Assembly (NCBI RefSeq): GCF_964194155.1
Contig: NC_135890.1
Span: 39,990,001 to 40,054,000 of the forward strand
Direction: 5' to 3'
From: Cetorhinus maximus
Lineage: Eukaryota
DNA length: 64,000 bases
In this document: positions 37,125 through 51,839 of the stretch, piece by piece
Position numbering within the stretch: position 1 is the first letter of the stretch
How the letters are laid out: every line of letters begins with the position of its first letter
Translations under genes and position numbers: made by a program
The notes under the pieces: model-generated
What the model was told of the DNA's origin: nothing
The model's input: the letters and a program-made list of their open reading frames with translations, nothing else
Databases searched by the model: none

Positions 37125-37863
37125 GCCTGGATTTTGCATTCAGCAAAGTGTGCTTGCCACTGACCTCGAAGAATGATGCTCACAAAGATATTCCGATCTC
37201 TGTGCCTTTGTTTTCCATTTTTCTAATGTTAATTTAAATCTGGCACCAAGTCAAGGGTATCTCCAGGCGTCCAACTAAAGTGATTTCATCAAGCAGGATA
37301 GGCAGCCAATCACATTGAAGAATTCTCAAAGACAGCAAACCAGGAAGTAAAATGTATCGATCATCCATAATTTTTTTTAGAAATCTTAGGAGAGTGAAAT
37401 AAAGATTTGGACATGCATATTAGAAGCTGAATTATCATTTTAAAAATCTTGTTTAAAAGTTTATCATATTAACACTATGGAATTCTTATCATAATGGAAA
37501 AAAATGATATCACACAGATATAACATTAGTTTGCCAGACCAGCAAAGTTCTTCAAGACTTCTGACTTCGTACACTGCTAATAACCCAGTTACAGCTTGTT
37601 AACAAGGTATAACTTTTTTTGGAAGTTTTAACAGTGATATTACAGCATAAAAGGGAAAATTCTGATCCATGATTTCTAAAAAATTGCCGTAAGCAGGGAC
37701 TTCAGAATATTCTGTGGAAGAACAGGGAATCACTGACAGCTATTTCTGTATTTCTGCATTTAATTGCCGCATGTGTGTATGCCAGAAGTTGGTGTCACTT
37801 TCAAGGCTGGAATGATGGCGAACACTGAAGATTTTGCCATTGTCACAATTGCAAAATCTGGGC
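37125..37863. mobile_element. Non-autonomous DNA transposon (PIF/Harbinger-like termini)
   Basis: Imperfect 14 bp terminal inverted repeats GCCTGGATTTTGCA and TGCAAAATCTGGGC, whose differences fit CpG decay. No clear TSD. An internal segment recurs at 38638-38850. Confidence 0.55.
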
Positions 37864-40800
37864 TGACATTTTCTCTTTCCCATCTCTGACCTGGAATTTT
37901 TATCTTCCTCCATGTTTGTGATTAACACACATACCTTTTTATACTAATTTCCAATGAATCCACATTCTTCAGATTTCTGAATCATTTAAGTTTACCCCTC
38001 TCCCCTATGTGTTTTTATGTTCTAGCCTCGCTTCTACTGCAAGAAAAATCTGCAGTGTTTCTGGGAGGTAAGCTATTTCAACCTTCTGTGTGTTCATTTT
38101 ATTTTCATCTCTCTCCATGGCCTTGACCCTCCCTACCTCTAATCTTCTCCAGCCCCAAAACTCTTCCACGATACTTGTACTCCTCCAAGTCTGGCTCTCT
38201 AGCATTTTAATTGCTCCACCATTGGTGGCTGTGCTTTCAGCCGCCAAGGCCCTAAGCTCTGGAATTCCCTCTGTAAACCTCTTTGCCTCTCTACGAGCTT
38301 CTGGTCACCTGGCCTTAATACCTCCTTAAGTGGCTTGGTGTCACATTTTGTTTGATAATGTTCAAGTGAAGTACCTTGGGGGATTTTATTGTATTAAAAA
38401 GGCACTGCGCAAATACTAGTGGTTGTTGTTTGGAAGTTGACATATATTATCACTTTTAGGTGTTGTATTACTTTCAGAGTAAAAGGGAGGTTGGAATAAG
38501 CCTCCCTTCCAGTAGCATTCCTTTGCTGTTCATGCATCAAGGTTGAGAGTTGGAGAGAACAGAGCCACATTGCTGAGGTATATTGTTACGCAGGAGGGAG
38601 AATCAGTGTTACACTGGAAATCTACAGCTGGCATTTGAGCAAACCAGGAAGTAAAATGTATTGATCATGCATTACTTTTTAGAAATCTTAGAGAGTGAAA
38701 TAAAGGTTGGGACATACACATTAGAAGCTGAAATATCATTTAAAAATTTCTTGTTTTAAGGTTTATTATATTGAACTATGGAATTCTTATAATGGAAAAA
38801 AATTGACATTACACCGATATAAAATTAGTTTTCCAGGCCACTGAAGTTCTTTCTGTGTGTAATGTCAACAGGGAAAAATAACCTGCAGCTAACATGAAAT
38901 TTTTGAAGTATCCACCTTCTAATATGCACTCTGAACTAAAAAACCTTGCTGGAATTAGCATTCCTATTAGAATATCTTAAAAACTACTGGATCCTTGTAA
39001 ACCTCAGGTACAACTTATGATTGAAAGTGAAATAACATTGTGTAAGTAATTTTCTGCACGTAACTCCTGAACTGTTTTGTATCTGCATCATAAATTGATG
39101 GGGAATTACTTTAGAAGAGATGAAAATTAATCATGACCCAAATTATGTCCAGTGGAGTAATTTTCACTTAACAACAGTATGAAGAGAACAAAGTTCCAGG
39201 CATAGATATCTGCAAGATGGCTATTGCAGAAAGAGTAAAGTGTTTGGTAAAGTTGGATATCTGGTGGTGTTTGTTTTTTAAGTTTCATGATTATTTGGGC
39301 ACAGACCCAGACAAAACAGTACAGAAGTTAACTAATGTAAAAATATTTTTCAAAATGAATTGTCTTTGCAATATATTTTTAATAGCAAATAGTTCCTTTT
39401 TTGGCTTACCTTTTTCCTAGAATTTTCTGTAGCTCCTAAGGCACCTACCATATTCAAGTCAATTTGATGAATCTGATCAGCAAAGTCATAAAATTACAGC
39501 ATAATTGTAATGACCCTAAAGCTCAGCAATTTGTATTCCATCCATTGTAACCATTTAACGTTGAGACTCTTAATTTCTGTTTTGAAAATCTGTTCTGGTC
39601 ACTTTTTCAGTTAATAGCATAAATGTTAATGTATTGGTGATTCAGCCATTGAAGAAATATAAGCTGGGCTTTCACCACAGATGTTGTGCGCCATTTCCAT
39701 TTCTGCCAGATTTCAGCATCTTTTTGAAGTTTTTTAAATCTCGGTAATGTTTAATTTTAATAAGTTCCAATCTATGCTATGTATTAAATACTAACCATAT
39801 ACTTCTAGTGATATCAGCTGTTGCACTCCTTTGAGATTCTTTAGATGCTGAAAATGAATGTTCTTTCTCTCTAGTGAGATTTGAAAGCAGTTTGCATAAT
39901 TAGGATGCAAAATTAGTTTTATGTAGTACAAAACCTAGACTGGGCTACAGGAAACTAAATAAGCTGTTCGAGTTGCTATTTTCCAGATTCTGTTTTTGTT
40001 TCTTTTATGTTTCCAGTTTCTTTTTAATATCTCCTCAAGGGGTTTCCCATAATATTTAATAAAATGGCAGTGAGGAGCATAAAAATATCTGATATTCTTA
40101 GTGCCTTTTCAAGGTCAAACTAGATGATAGATGCTTTCAAATTGTATTAGGTTTCTTTATAATATCAGAATGTTCCATATCATTTCAAATAATCTCGACC
40201 ATTTTTGCGACCCTCTTCAGCTGGTGATGCATGGCATCAGTGATGGGATTTTTGAATTTTTGCAGCCGTCAGTTGTATTCATAAGTATTGTGTCCTTCTG
40301 CGTGGTTTAATTTTTGAATTTCCTACAAAAATGAGAAAGAACAAACTTGGTCAAATAATGTTCTGTGTACCTGATGCAGCTAAGGTTGCCAGTTAAAATT
40401 CCTTGTTTACATTTTCAGACTAGAGATTATTCAACCCACACTAAAATAAATGTCCCTTTCCTAGATGACTTATTTGCATGTTGACTATCTTATTTTGAAA
40501 ACAGTTGAAATTTTAAAAAGCTAAGTTTGTGAATTGTTTAACAGGTTGTCAGGATTGTGCTATGTTTAATACAAGAAAGAAATCTTTTAATTTCCATTCA
40601 GTATGGTTGTGTTGAACCTGTATGTTATCCTGTGACTAGATAGCTGTAACACCAGTATGTTTAGACTCTTTAACTAGTAAACAGCAGTTCAAAGAATTTG
40701 AATCTTGATTTTCACTGAACTTTATCCTTGTTCAAGAAACTGGTTTGCCAGTTTTGGCCAAGTGTCCTAGCAAAGGAAAGCAAACTAGCTGTAGAGGAAA

Positions 40801-41905
40801 CCTTCTCACCACTCAAGTGTGTCTACAAGCATGTTATTTGAGGAGATACATGAATATCTTGCAAGATCTGAACATTAGTAGAATACTATCCTCCTGACTG
40901 AGGAAGATACTGTGGATATAGTGAGGTAAGTTAGGAGGGAGGAAATACAGGAATAAAGTGGTATGTTCTATAAATAAAACATACATTTCTAGCAGAAGTA
41001 TAATAATTTATAATCTTAGTGAAACTATGATCAGCGAAGTATAAAACAGTAAAATTGTGTTATATGAATACCAGCAAATTTGTCAGTAGAAGTATTTTTG
41101 TAAATGTAAATGATTTAATATTTTATATGGCACCACAATTCATGCAAATTACAAGATGAGTTTAAAAATAATTTGTGATGTTGAGTATTTTTTGTAAATT
41201 AATTGTCAAAGATAATTCAGTAAATTTAATGTTGCAATAATATGAAGAATACAATGAAATAGAAACTTATAGTCATGTCAGATGATAAAATTTTAACATT
41301 GACTGCATGGACCAGAATTGCTAATTTCCTTTGTATAATGGACAAAATCAATGTGGCAGATCTAGTGAGGGTAGATTTGTAGTTAATCCTGAACTCTACT
41401 CATTTCTGTAAAGATGATATAGATAATGTATCCAAGTAAAATTGAAGCAGAGGAAATAGAAATGTTCTTGAATGGAAATCATCCATGCAATATGTAAAAT
41501 GCATTTTCAAAAGACTAAGTGTTGCTTTAATGTCTGGCCATTTAAAGAGCAGTTCAAATTGACAGTAGTCAATCATAGTTCCTTCACTTTGTTTCCAAAG
41601 CTCATTGCAGTTGCTTTGCAGGTGTACTGCTCTGTTATTGGAAAACATTGTTTGATTGCACTTGTATTTGGGAATGTTACTTTTATCCATAATGTTAATA
41701 AAATGATCAGTGTCCTTTTCAATTTACTACTTAGACCTCATTTATATAATGAAGAGTAAAATTATCAGAATTTTTTTTCAGTATTTTATGACTGATATGT
41801 TTGGCAGAAACATTAACCATTTCATACAAACCAGTTCAAATGTTAGCATTTGAAAATTGTGCCTCCTTAGCTACTAGATGCCATAGCCAAATAAAGGAGA
41901 CTTAC

Positions 41906-42127
41906 CTTAGCTGAAGACCAAATACATTCTGTATGCAAGTCATTTACAAATGATCCTTTTGTTAGCAGAGTACAGTATGAAGAGTATCATAAGAACTGTT
42001 TCGGAAGCTGATCCTTTAAACAAAACCTGCTTCTGCTGACGTTATTTTAGCATATAATATTGATGAGCTTGTGAGCCTACAACAGTAGGTTGTTGATGCT
42101 TCCCTAAACTAAGAAATCAATAAGCTT
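41906..42127 (-). other. Candidate 5' non-coding exon of GPR22
   Basis: Minus-strand consensus donor AAG|GTAAGT at 41906/41905 and acceptor-like CTTTCACTAGACATTTTCAG at 42128, in a repeat-poor region upstream of GPR22. Confidence 0.45.
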
Positions 42128-43796
42128 CTGAAAATGTCTAGTGAAAGTAGCATGCTGCAGCCTTCTGCCTCTGGAGATTACATTTGGATTTAGCCCGTTT
42201 GGAGTGGTAAGGCAGCATGAAGTAATTGTGGGCGGTATTCATCGAATGACAGGTTGACTCATTGCCTCTCTTTACTGCAGAGAGTTGCAGTGTATGCATT
42301 TGTTTTGATTTGCTAACCATAATGGATTTGTCCAATTCGTTGTGCAAAGGGGTGTGTTTTTTCTCTCCAAGTTCAATAAACATTTGATTTGGTAACTGAG
42401 AAATCGTTTAAAAAAACAAATACATTTGGGGTCCAATTGACCTAGAGAGAAAAATATTAGCTGCATTGATGGCAAGTCTTTCAAAAATAAATCCGTAACT
42501 AAAATTTTATTGACTTCCTCTTGAAATTAAATTCTTTTTAAGCTAATTAAATATTGTGACCAAGTGTAGCTCACATTCCTTTCACAGTTACATCTTTACA
42601 ACAAAATTATATATCTTGCCTGGGAGATGGTAATTATTTTGCTGATGGCCATTTCATCAATAATTTAGTCTAGTTGCCTAGTTACACTGAAAATATTTTG
42701 TACATTTGTCACATCTCATGATAGGAGGTCTGCGTACACTGTATTGGGTAACTGAAGGTAATTATTTCTTCTTGACAATGACCAGGTGAAACCATGAGTA
42801 AAAATTTTTTGTCTGATAGTATGAGATGAAAATGTTTATGATTGGTAACACTCAAGTCACTGATCTTAAATTTGAATATCATATGGTATGTATAAAGCAC
42901 AATAAACATAGAAAAAAAATTACTTCTAAAGGAGTTTTAAGATAAATGAGAGAAAAATGATTCTAGTTATTCTGTGAAAGATTAAGATTAATTACTTTTT
43001 AGATAAATTTGAGTTGTATTTCCAGAAATTAGCCTGCCATTTTTAAGAAAGTGCTGTAAAATTGCTCATTAAACTGTTCAGGTTTAAACGCAGCAATTGA
43101 TTAATTGATTTATATTTGACCTGTACTGAAGCAGTATTACGTCAAACTTTGTTGCCCTGCAAAAATTAGATGGTCATGTTTAATAGAATAGCTCTTAAAA
43201 GGATGAAGCCTGGACCCCTGGAGACATTATTAGCCATGAATGGCTTACAGACTGGTTGATGGACTGGACTGACTCAGGGCAGATGAAATTCATTGCAGAA
43301 AAGTGTTGCAGTTATATATCTTTTACAAAGTATTTACAGTAAAGAAAGAGGCCCAACAGGTCGATGCCGGTGTTAATTCTCCACATGAACCACCTCCCAC
43401 CTCTTTACATCTAACCCCATCAACAAATCCTTATATTCCTTTCTCCCTTATGTTTATCTACCTGCCCCTTAGTCACATCCTTCTTGAGGGTAAGGAAGTT
43501 TCTCTTGAATTTCCTATTGGATATGTTAGTGATTATCTCATATATATGACCAAAGCTCTGTCCCCCACAAGTGGAAACATCTTTAAGTCTAGTCTTTCAA
43601 ACCCTTTCATAACTTTAAAGACCTCTATCAGGTCAGCCCTCTTCCTCTTTCTAAGTGTAAAGAGCCTCAGTCTGTTCAGTATTTCCTGATAAGGAGGCAC
43701 ATTTCAGCAATGCCATTTTATTTGGTGCTTGAGCCATAATATAAGTATATATAAATTTAAAAAATATAAGGGGATGGATAAACTTAATTCATGTGA

Positions 43797-44320
43797 AGTA
43801 AAAACAGAAAATTCTGGAAACACTCAACAGGTTGGTTAGCATCTGTCGGGAGAGAAACGGTGTTAATGTTTCAGGTCAATGAGTTTTCATCAGAGCTCAA
43901 AGATCTTGGAGAAGAACAGCTTTTAAACAATTACAGAGCAAAGGAAAAGGGGTGGAGGGAAAGCACAAAGGAGAATGATCTGTGATACGGTGAGCGCAGG
44001 AGTGATTAAATGGTAAAATGATGATGGTGCAAAATCCCATTATGGGATATTACTGTAGAAACAAAAGATAGTCCAGAATAAATGTACAGCAGAATAACAG
44101 AGGTGAAGGAAACTGACGAATCTGGCAATGTGGATAGGGTTGTCATGCCCTGTGAATGTGGAGGAAGAAAGGCAGCTACCAACAGGGCATGCCTAACCCA
44201 AGCAACAACCCACACATCTTCCATTCCGAATGTCTCTGGTCAGACATACTCCATTATCAGCATCTGTTGTCTGGGAGAAAGTGGGAGTGGTTGTTCAGAT
44301 TTAAAGCTATTAAACTCAAT
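43797..44320 (-). mobile_element. Penelope-like terminal remnant
   Basis: TAAAAACAGAAAATTCTGGAAACACTCAACAGG terminus; minus-strand CTGATGA...GAAAC-ATT-AAC. Confidence 0.7.
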
Positions 44321-45745
44321 ATTAAGGCAAATACGAATGATGATGTAGAATTGATCCGGAATAGAGCAACATGCACTGGAGCCGTTAGCAGAGTGTGTAA
44401 AAGATAGCAAATGATATGCTTGGACTGAAATTATTGATTACGTGAGAAAATGTTTCAGACATACTGAAAACTGAATTAATTAGAAATAAATCAACAGTGA
44501 ATTGAGGATCAAGACAGTTTGTTGCTGACATCACAAACTACAGGTTACACTTGAAATAGTAACCATATGCTATTTAACCGTGGAACATTGCCTTGCACAG
44601 AGCATAAGTCATTATATATTGAAAATAGCCACAATTCAGTTTAAGATGTGTTTTGAGAATTTTTAAGAGAATAGAAAGGTGGAGCTAGTCTTGGAAGGAA
44701 TTCCTCAAGCCTTTGCAGCCAATGGTATGGCAGTGAGAGGAGCTAGGGAGGATGCTTAAAATGCTAGAATCATAGGATTGCAGCATTTGGGGTGGGGTGG
44801 GTCGGGGGCATATAGTGAGAGGTGGGTGCTGAGACTGGCGAGATAGGCCAAGATGGGTTTAAAGATGAGGCTGAAGATTTTAAACTTGGGGTACTGAGGT
44901 ATGAGGATTAGGGTAAATGGGTATGTGGGTTTGGTGTGTGCAGTAGAACCTTTAACACGTTGGAGTTTAGGGAGGGTGGAGAAAGGGAGGTCATGTAGGA
45001 GGCCATTAGAGTAGTCGGATCTGGAGGTGACTAAGGCAAGAATAAGGGTTTCGGCATTGGAGGGACTGAGATGGAAAATGTGGAGGTGGATGTAAGCAGT
45101 GCTGGAGATAATATAGGTCTGAAGTCCAATTTGGGGCTGAACACAACATTGAACAGTTCAACTTAGCCTGAAAGACTAGATGGGAAGGGTTAAAATAGTG
45201 GTAGCTAAGCGGTTTGTGGTGCATTTTTTTCTCAGTAACTGAAATGTATAATGTCAAAAGTAAGGTTTAAAAAAAAAATATTTCACAATAATTGATTAGA
45301 TTTATCAATTGAACTGTTTGCTACTGACATCTCAAACTGCAGACTACACTTGACTTGAAGATGGTAGCCTCTTCTCAAAATGTTGGGTCTGAATTGAATA
45401 TTTTTGTCCAAAATGCTCACTGTTACCTGGGATAGGCTGTGGGGAAGCAACTAAGCTAAACAAATGATAAAATGCCTCTCTGAGCATTTAGCAACTTTTA
45501 TTTTAGTTGTTTTGGAAAATTATTTGAAGAAAACCTTAAGGAAAAATTAGAGAGCTTAATTTGGGTAAAAGTTATATTGTGTTTTTTTTTAAATGAAGTA
45601 CACATTTGTGTGGATATGGAAGAAAAAAATACAGACAACTGATTGTGCATCTGTTGCAGCTTTAGCTGGTGTTTGAATTAAAAATATTTCATAAATTTCA
45701 GAAAATATTCAGCTGCAAACAACACACACAACCAGGGTCTTCCCT

Positions 45746-45878
45746 CAGCTCTGAAGAAGAGTCATATGGACTCAAAACATTAACTCTGTTTCTCCACAGA
45801 TGCTGCCTGACCTCCTGAGTTTCTCCAGCGTTTTCTGTTTTTATTTGAGTTCCAGCATCTGTAGTATTTTGCTTTTAT
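45746..45878 (+). mobile_element. Short older Penelope-like terminal fragment starting at the hammerhead motif
   Basis: CAGCT-CTGAAGA-A-GAGTC-ATATG-GACTC-AAAAC-ATT-AACTCTG...GCTTTTAT, with near-TSD TCTTCCCTCA / TCTTCCTCA. Confidence 0.75.
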
Positions 45879-46568
45879 CTTCCTCATCTATTGTGAGTTC
45901 TTTATTTTTACAAAGAACACAACACTCTTTATCACCCACGTTTTGTTGATAGAAAATGTAAATCATTCTAATTAATGAAATATTTCAGTCAGGAAAGAAA
46001 GAGAGGGCGAAAAGAAAATAAGTGCTTACTGAAAGCAAAATGATGACTGATTTATTGATAAATCTGACCTACAATTAATGTGTCTTTAACCCAGAACTTT
46101 GAGCCGATGTCCTTTAGTTCAGAATGGGTATAACTTAAATTTCCTGAAAGATGTGTGATTATCTTTTATTGAAGAACTACCCATCACACTGGTCAGATGA
46201 ATATATGAACTATTTTTATTGAACCCTGTACACGCAGAGCATTGTCTTAAATTTTGTTTGAAAGTTGAATGGAGGGAGTTAATTCTATGGTGGACCTACA
46301 ATGCCGAAGTATGTAAATTGAGGAATGCTGCCCACAAGGTTAACTGATACAGAGAATGGAAATATCATACTGATGATTCTTAGAGGATGGAAATAAATGT
46401 ATTAGTGGAGAAATTGCTTTGATTTCTATGTGTAACAACATCATAACTAGATATATTTATTGGAGCAATTATTTCCCCATTGTTGATAAATTATCAAGAA
46501 AATTTTATATATCTCATTTGTGAAATAAATAGTTACAAAACATTGAAAAATGCTCAATATTTAAGTAG

Positions 46569-46748
<180 letters not shown>

Positions 46749-47036
46749 TAAATCTGGTATTGAAGTAGGAAGGTAGCATCTCAGCTTTTCAAGCAACAAA
46801 TTTTGAACGAAACCAGTGTTCATTAAATAAAGCATGCAAGTTGTGTATATCAAGAATTTTTAAAACATGCTTATGTATATTACATGTTTAAACTCCTGTG
46901 TCGTCATAAATTATTTTTACTCATTTGTCGCATCAATTGTACTAGTAGTATAATGATGCCTTTCTAAAATGGTCTTTGGCTTGTTGACTTTAGAGTTATT
47001 TTATTGCAAAGTTTTAACATTAAACATTTTTATTAA

Positions 47037-48020
47037 GAACATAAGAAATATGAGTAGACCCTATGCCCATCAAGCCTGCTCCGCCATTTAATGCGCTTAT
47101 GTCGGATCTTCTGTCTCAACTCCACTCTCCTGCCCAAACCCCATATCCATTGATTCCCTGAGAGATCAAAAACCTGTCTACCTCAGTCTTCAATATCCTC
47201 AGTCGTGGAACATCCACAATCTTCTGGGGTAGAGAATTCCAAAAATTTTTATAAGCCTTTGAATGAAAGAAAAAGTCATCTCAGCCCTAAACGATTGAAC
47301 GCTTACTTTGTCACTGTCCCAATATTGTAGGTTCCCAGCCAGGGGTAACAACCTCTCTCTGTCTACTCTGTGAGACTCCTTCAGAATCCTGCATGTTTCA
47401 ATGACATCACCTGTCATTCTTCTAAACATCAGAGAATGTAAGCCTAATTTACTTAGCCTTTCAGTATAGGACAATCCTCCCATCTCTGGAATCAAGCTAG
47501 TGAACCTTTATTGTACCACCTCCAAGGCAGGTATACCCTTCATTAGATAAGGAGACCAAATCTGTGCATAGTACTTGATGTGGTTTCACCAAAGCCCTGT
47601 ACAATTGTAGCAAGACTTCTTATTCTTGAACTCCAATGACCTCACAATAAAGGTCAACATGCCATTTGCCTTCTTAATTACTTGCTGCACCTGCATGCTA
47701 ACTTTTTGTGTTCCTTGTACGAGTATACCCAATTTTTTCTGAACATTAACATTTAGAAGCTACAAGCCTTTTAAAAAATATTTTGCTTTTCTATTCTTAC
47801 TACCGAAGTGAATAGCCTGTCACTTTCCAATATTATATCTTGTTGCCCACTCACTCAGCCAGTCTATATCTCTTTGTAGCCTTTCCCTGTCCTCACAGCT
47901 TACATTCTCACCTAGCTTTGTATCGTCAGCAAATTTGGACACATTACTCTCAGTCTCTTTGTCTAAGTCATTAATAGAGATAGTAAATAGCTGAGGTCTC
48001 AGCACTGATCTTTGCTGTGA
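47037..48020 (-). mobile_element. CR1 LINE 3' fragment
   Basis: ORFs with INDLD...KFADDTKLG and ERLSKLGLHSL; TAAGAACATAAGAA tail. Confidence 0.85.
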
Positions 48021-49529
48021 AATTCAACCAGATGTAAACATTCAGCGTGAACATCTGCATCAACAGAAAGATGGAGTAATCATCATGATAGGTTTTAGTG
48101 AAAGATACTGTAGTTCCAGTTATACTGGTAGTTTTGAGAGAGATTTTTTAAAAAGTCTTCATTCACTTGAATTTATAAAAATTGCAGTTGCAATAATGGT
48201 TACAAAAGATACAGGGTACATTGTGCATACTTTACAGCTAGATAATCAACCTGCAGATGACCTTCCCGCTTTTTAAGAAAAAGGGAAAGCAATTTTAAAA
48301 GGTTTAAAAGGAGATTTAACAGAGGCTTTTAACATTATGAAAAATTTCGATAGTCAATAAGGAAAAGTTATTTCCTCCCATTTGGGGAGTAAGCGATGAG
48401 AAATTTAAGAGCGAGGCAATAGGTTGGGAGACATTTTTTACACAGAGGATTGTTCTACCTTGGAATGTTTTGATACAGGAAATGGTTGAGGCAGAAAATT
48501 GCTTTTAGAGAAATAGGAGAAACATTTAAAACCAAGAAAATAGGAAGCTATGGGGATGTCACTAAACAGTGGGAACAGTTTTGTATTTTTCTAGAAAAGG
48601 ATGGGTCCAAATGCGATGGACTGAATGGCTTTTTGTTGTGTTGAAAATATCTATTGTACAGGGAAATCATTTCCACAAACAGCCAGGTTAGATATTAAGT
48701 TATCAGTAACGATAGCATTGGTTATTAGCTACATTTTTCCACCTAGTTGCAGTCAAGTTAATTTTGGAAATGTTTTCCTACCTGCCATGATCTGTTACCA
48801 TTTTATAATTGGCATCACAGTTTACCATCCTTACTCTGTTGAACTCAACAATGTAAATAAATACTTTATTATGAAAGCGAGCTTTGACTTGAAAAAAGGC
48901 AGCGGGCTGTTAATTCTTTGCTTATTTTACCAGCCTCATTAAACACTTGACATATTTATGGTAAGTGGTTCTGTAAGGTGAAACTAAAATGTTCAGCCAC
49001 ATCTGTGTTAATAAAAGCATTACTCAAATCTATTAATCTTTTGTGATTTGATGTTTTAGCTCATCAGCACTATCTTTGTGTAAAGAGAAGTAATCCTTAA
49101 TGCCTAATTCATTAATGCTAGCAACTGGTAGTTGGATGTGAAATCTAAATGAGTGGTAAGATTCTTGTTTAACACTCCTTCCATATTGTGTAGGCTCCTG
49201 ACCTCGGTTTAAACATTTTGGCTAGAAACAAGGTACGATCCCTGAATGATAAGAGGACAGGAGTTAAATCAGAAGAGAGTTAAATTGTGCAAAAGCTCAT
49301 AAGATGGTTATTTCCCATCCAGTTGGTTCAGATGGATGCATGTGCATGGTACAAATTTTAAAGGGATGTTTATGCCAGTTAAATAAGTCACTAGCCCTCG
49401 GAAATAACACCGATGCATGAAAAAGGGACATATTCTTTTGTGCACATGCTTTTCACCATTACTCATGATCCAATATTTCAGACCAATAAGCTGCTTTGTC
49501 ATCAGAAGACCTAGCATAAAAATGATGCA

Positions 49530-50700
49530 AATAGAAATAGAAAATGCTGGTAATACTCAGCAGGTCAGGCAGCATTTGTGTGGAGAGAAACAGAGCTAAT
49601 GTTTCAGATTGGCCTTTCATTGGAACTGGGAGAAGATAAAGATCTAATAGGTTTTGAGCAGGGGGTGGCTGGGATGAAGATGAAAGAAAGGCCTGTGGTA
49701 GCATGGAAGACAGGGGAGATTGAATGACAGAAGCGTTAGTCTTACAGTGCCAAAGGGAATGTGATAGGGCAGGAAAAGAAACAAAAGATGTGCTTAAAGC
49801 AGGTATGCTGCTGTCTGAAAGCAAACAGAGAAAAACTGAAACATGCAAAGGAAACAAAATGGTGGGGACAGAGTTTACAGTCTGAAATTTGTTGAACTCA
49901 GTGTTGAGCCTGGAAGGCTATAAAATGCCTGATCAAAAATGAGGTGATGTTCCTCAAGCTTACGTTGTGCTTCACTGGAACAATGCACAGGCCAAGGGCA
50001 GAGATGTCAGTGTAAAAGCCAAGTGAAGAATTAAATGATATGCCACCAGAAGCTTGGGGGTTATGCTTGCGGGCTGAATGAAGATGTCCCCCAAAGGGTT
50101 CACCTATCCTGCATTTGGTTTCCTTAATGTAGAGGATACCACATTGTGAATAGCGCTTACAGTAGACTAAATTGAAAGAAGTTCTCCTAAATTGCTGCCT
50201 CACCTGGAAAGAGTGTTTGGGGCCTTGGATGCTGAGGAGAGAGATTATAAAAGGGAGGTGTTACATTTCTTATGTTTGCATGGAAAGGTGCCGTGGGATG
50301 GAGACAGGATGTTGGGGGCGATTGAGGAGTAAACATGGTATCAGGGAGAGAATAGTCCCTTCGGAATGCTGAAAGGGGAGGGGAAGATGTGCTTGATAGT
50401 GGCATCACGCTGGGGGTGGCAGAAATGGCAGAAAATGATCCATTGAATACGGAGGCTGGTGGGATGAAAGGTGAGAACAAGGGGATCCTATCTTGGTTCT
50501 GGGAGAGAGGGGAAAGGATGAGAGCAGAAATGCAGAAAACGTGGTGGGGGGAATCCTCGATTGAGGAAAAAAGAAGACATCTCAAGTGCTGCTGTAGAAG
50601 GTTGCATAATCAAAATAGATGCGATGGAGACGGAGGAACTGGAAGAATGGAATGTGGTCCTTACAGGGTTTAGGATGTAAGGAAGTGTAGTCGAGTTGGC
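49530..50700 (-). mobile_element. Penelope-like element remnant
   Basis: ORF SFNLVYCKRYSQCGILYIKETKCRIGEPFGGHLHS (GIY-YIG) and QDRIPLF...LSAFRRDYSL (linker), with the typical terminus. Confidence 0.85.
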
Positions 50701-51839
50701 ATTCTTCAATCGTACCAAATGTTAGCAGTTTTCTTGTTCCCAAACTGTCAGACCAAATCTTGCTGTTAAAGTCATGTAGTGACATAATCTACTGAAAAGT
50801 GAGTGAGTTGCAAGCAGTGGAGCCAAGAGTTCAAATTGACTTGAGAATCAATCATGGAATACTGACTAATTTTCTCCCCACAGCCAGGACCAAGAATTCC
50901 TTCACCTGCCATTACCCGCCAACGTAACAACATAATTTTAAGTTATATTTATAAGCTGGAAATACGATGTGAGGGGCAATGGTTTGCCTAATATTTGAAG
51001 AGTCTAATAAACACTTCTCATAATTGGCCAGCACTTTCATGGTACATGTTTCTGCTTGCCAGAACCTTCTTTTGACCTTTGGTAGAATCTCAGATGATCT
51101 GTCTGAGGCACAGCTCTACCCTGTTTCAATGTTTAATGTTTCATTTCACTTTGCAACCAGTTAACTTGTACTCCTCCATATCCACTTGTTTTGACTTTGT
51201 AGGTTCCCTAAGAATTACTTGAAGATCACAGGCTCAGTTTGTAAACTACGGTCTTTGTCTGTTGGTGTTAAAACTGAAATAAATATTATTTTAGTGACTT
51301 TTGAAGCTATAAAGACCTAAGTGGACATTAGCATATGCTAACCATATTTAGGATTTCAGAGAAATAGTAGTGATCAAACTTCAAATGTAATTGGAATGTT
51401 ATGATATTAGGGGTGTTCTCAAATGTTTTCCCACATGATTGACGTGGAATGCAAATATCAAAGGTGATTCGATAGAGGGCAGATGCATAGTTATAAAGTA
51501 TCCCAGAATTTCTGGTACATCCTAGGTTAGTTTTGAAATCAGTGAGCATGTTGAAAAGTTTTTTTTACTGGCACTCGCTTGTTGATTTTAAGCCTGTGAG
51601 AGAGTGAAAAAATTGTTATATAGTGCTTTAGTTTCATGTAAGTATGAGCAGCAGGGTAATGTTTAATGACAGAAATGCCTGGTGAAGACATTCCCTTTCA
51701 GCTTTATAGCAGCGAGTTGAGAATTTTCACCTGTCAGTATCCTTCCATCTAGGTGAAATGATAGACATGCAGTCAATCCATTTATCATGGGATAGTTTCA
51801 CATGGTGCACTTTTGCTGATGGTTGAAGAGACCAATCTG

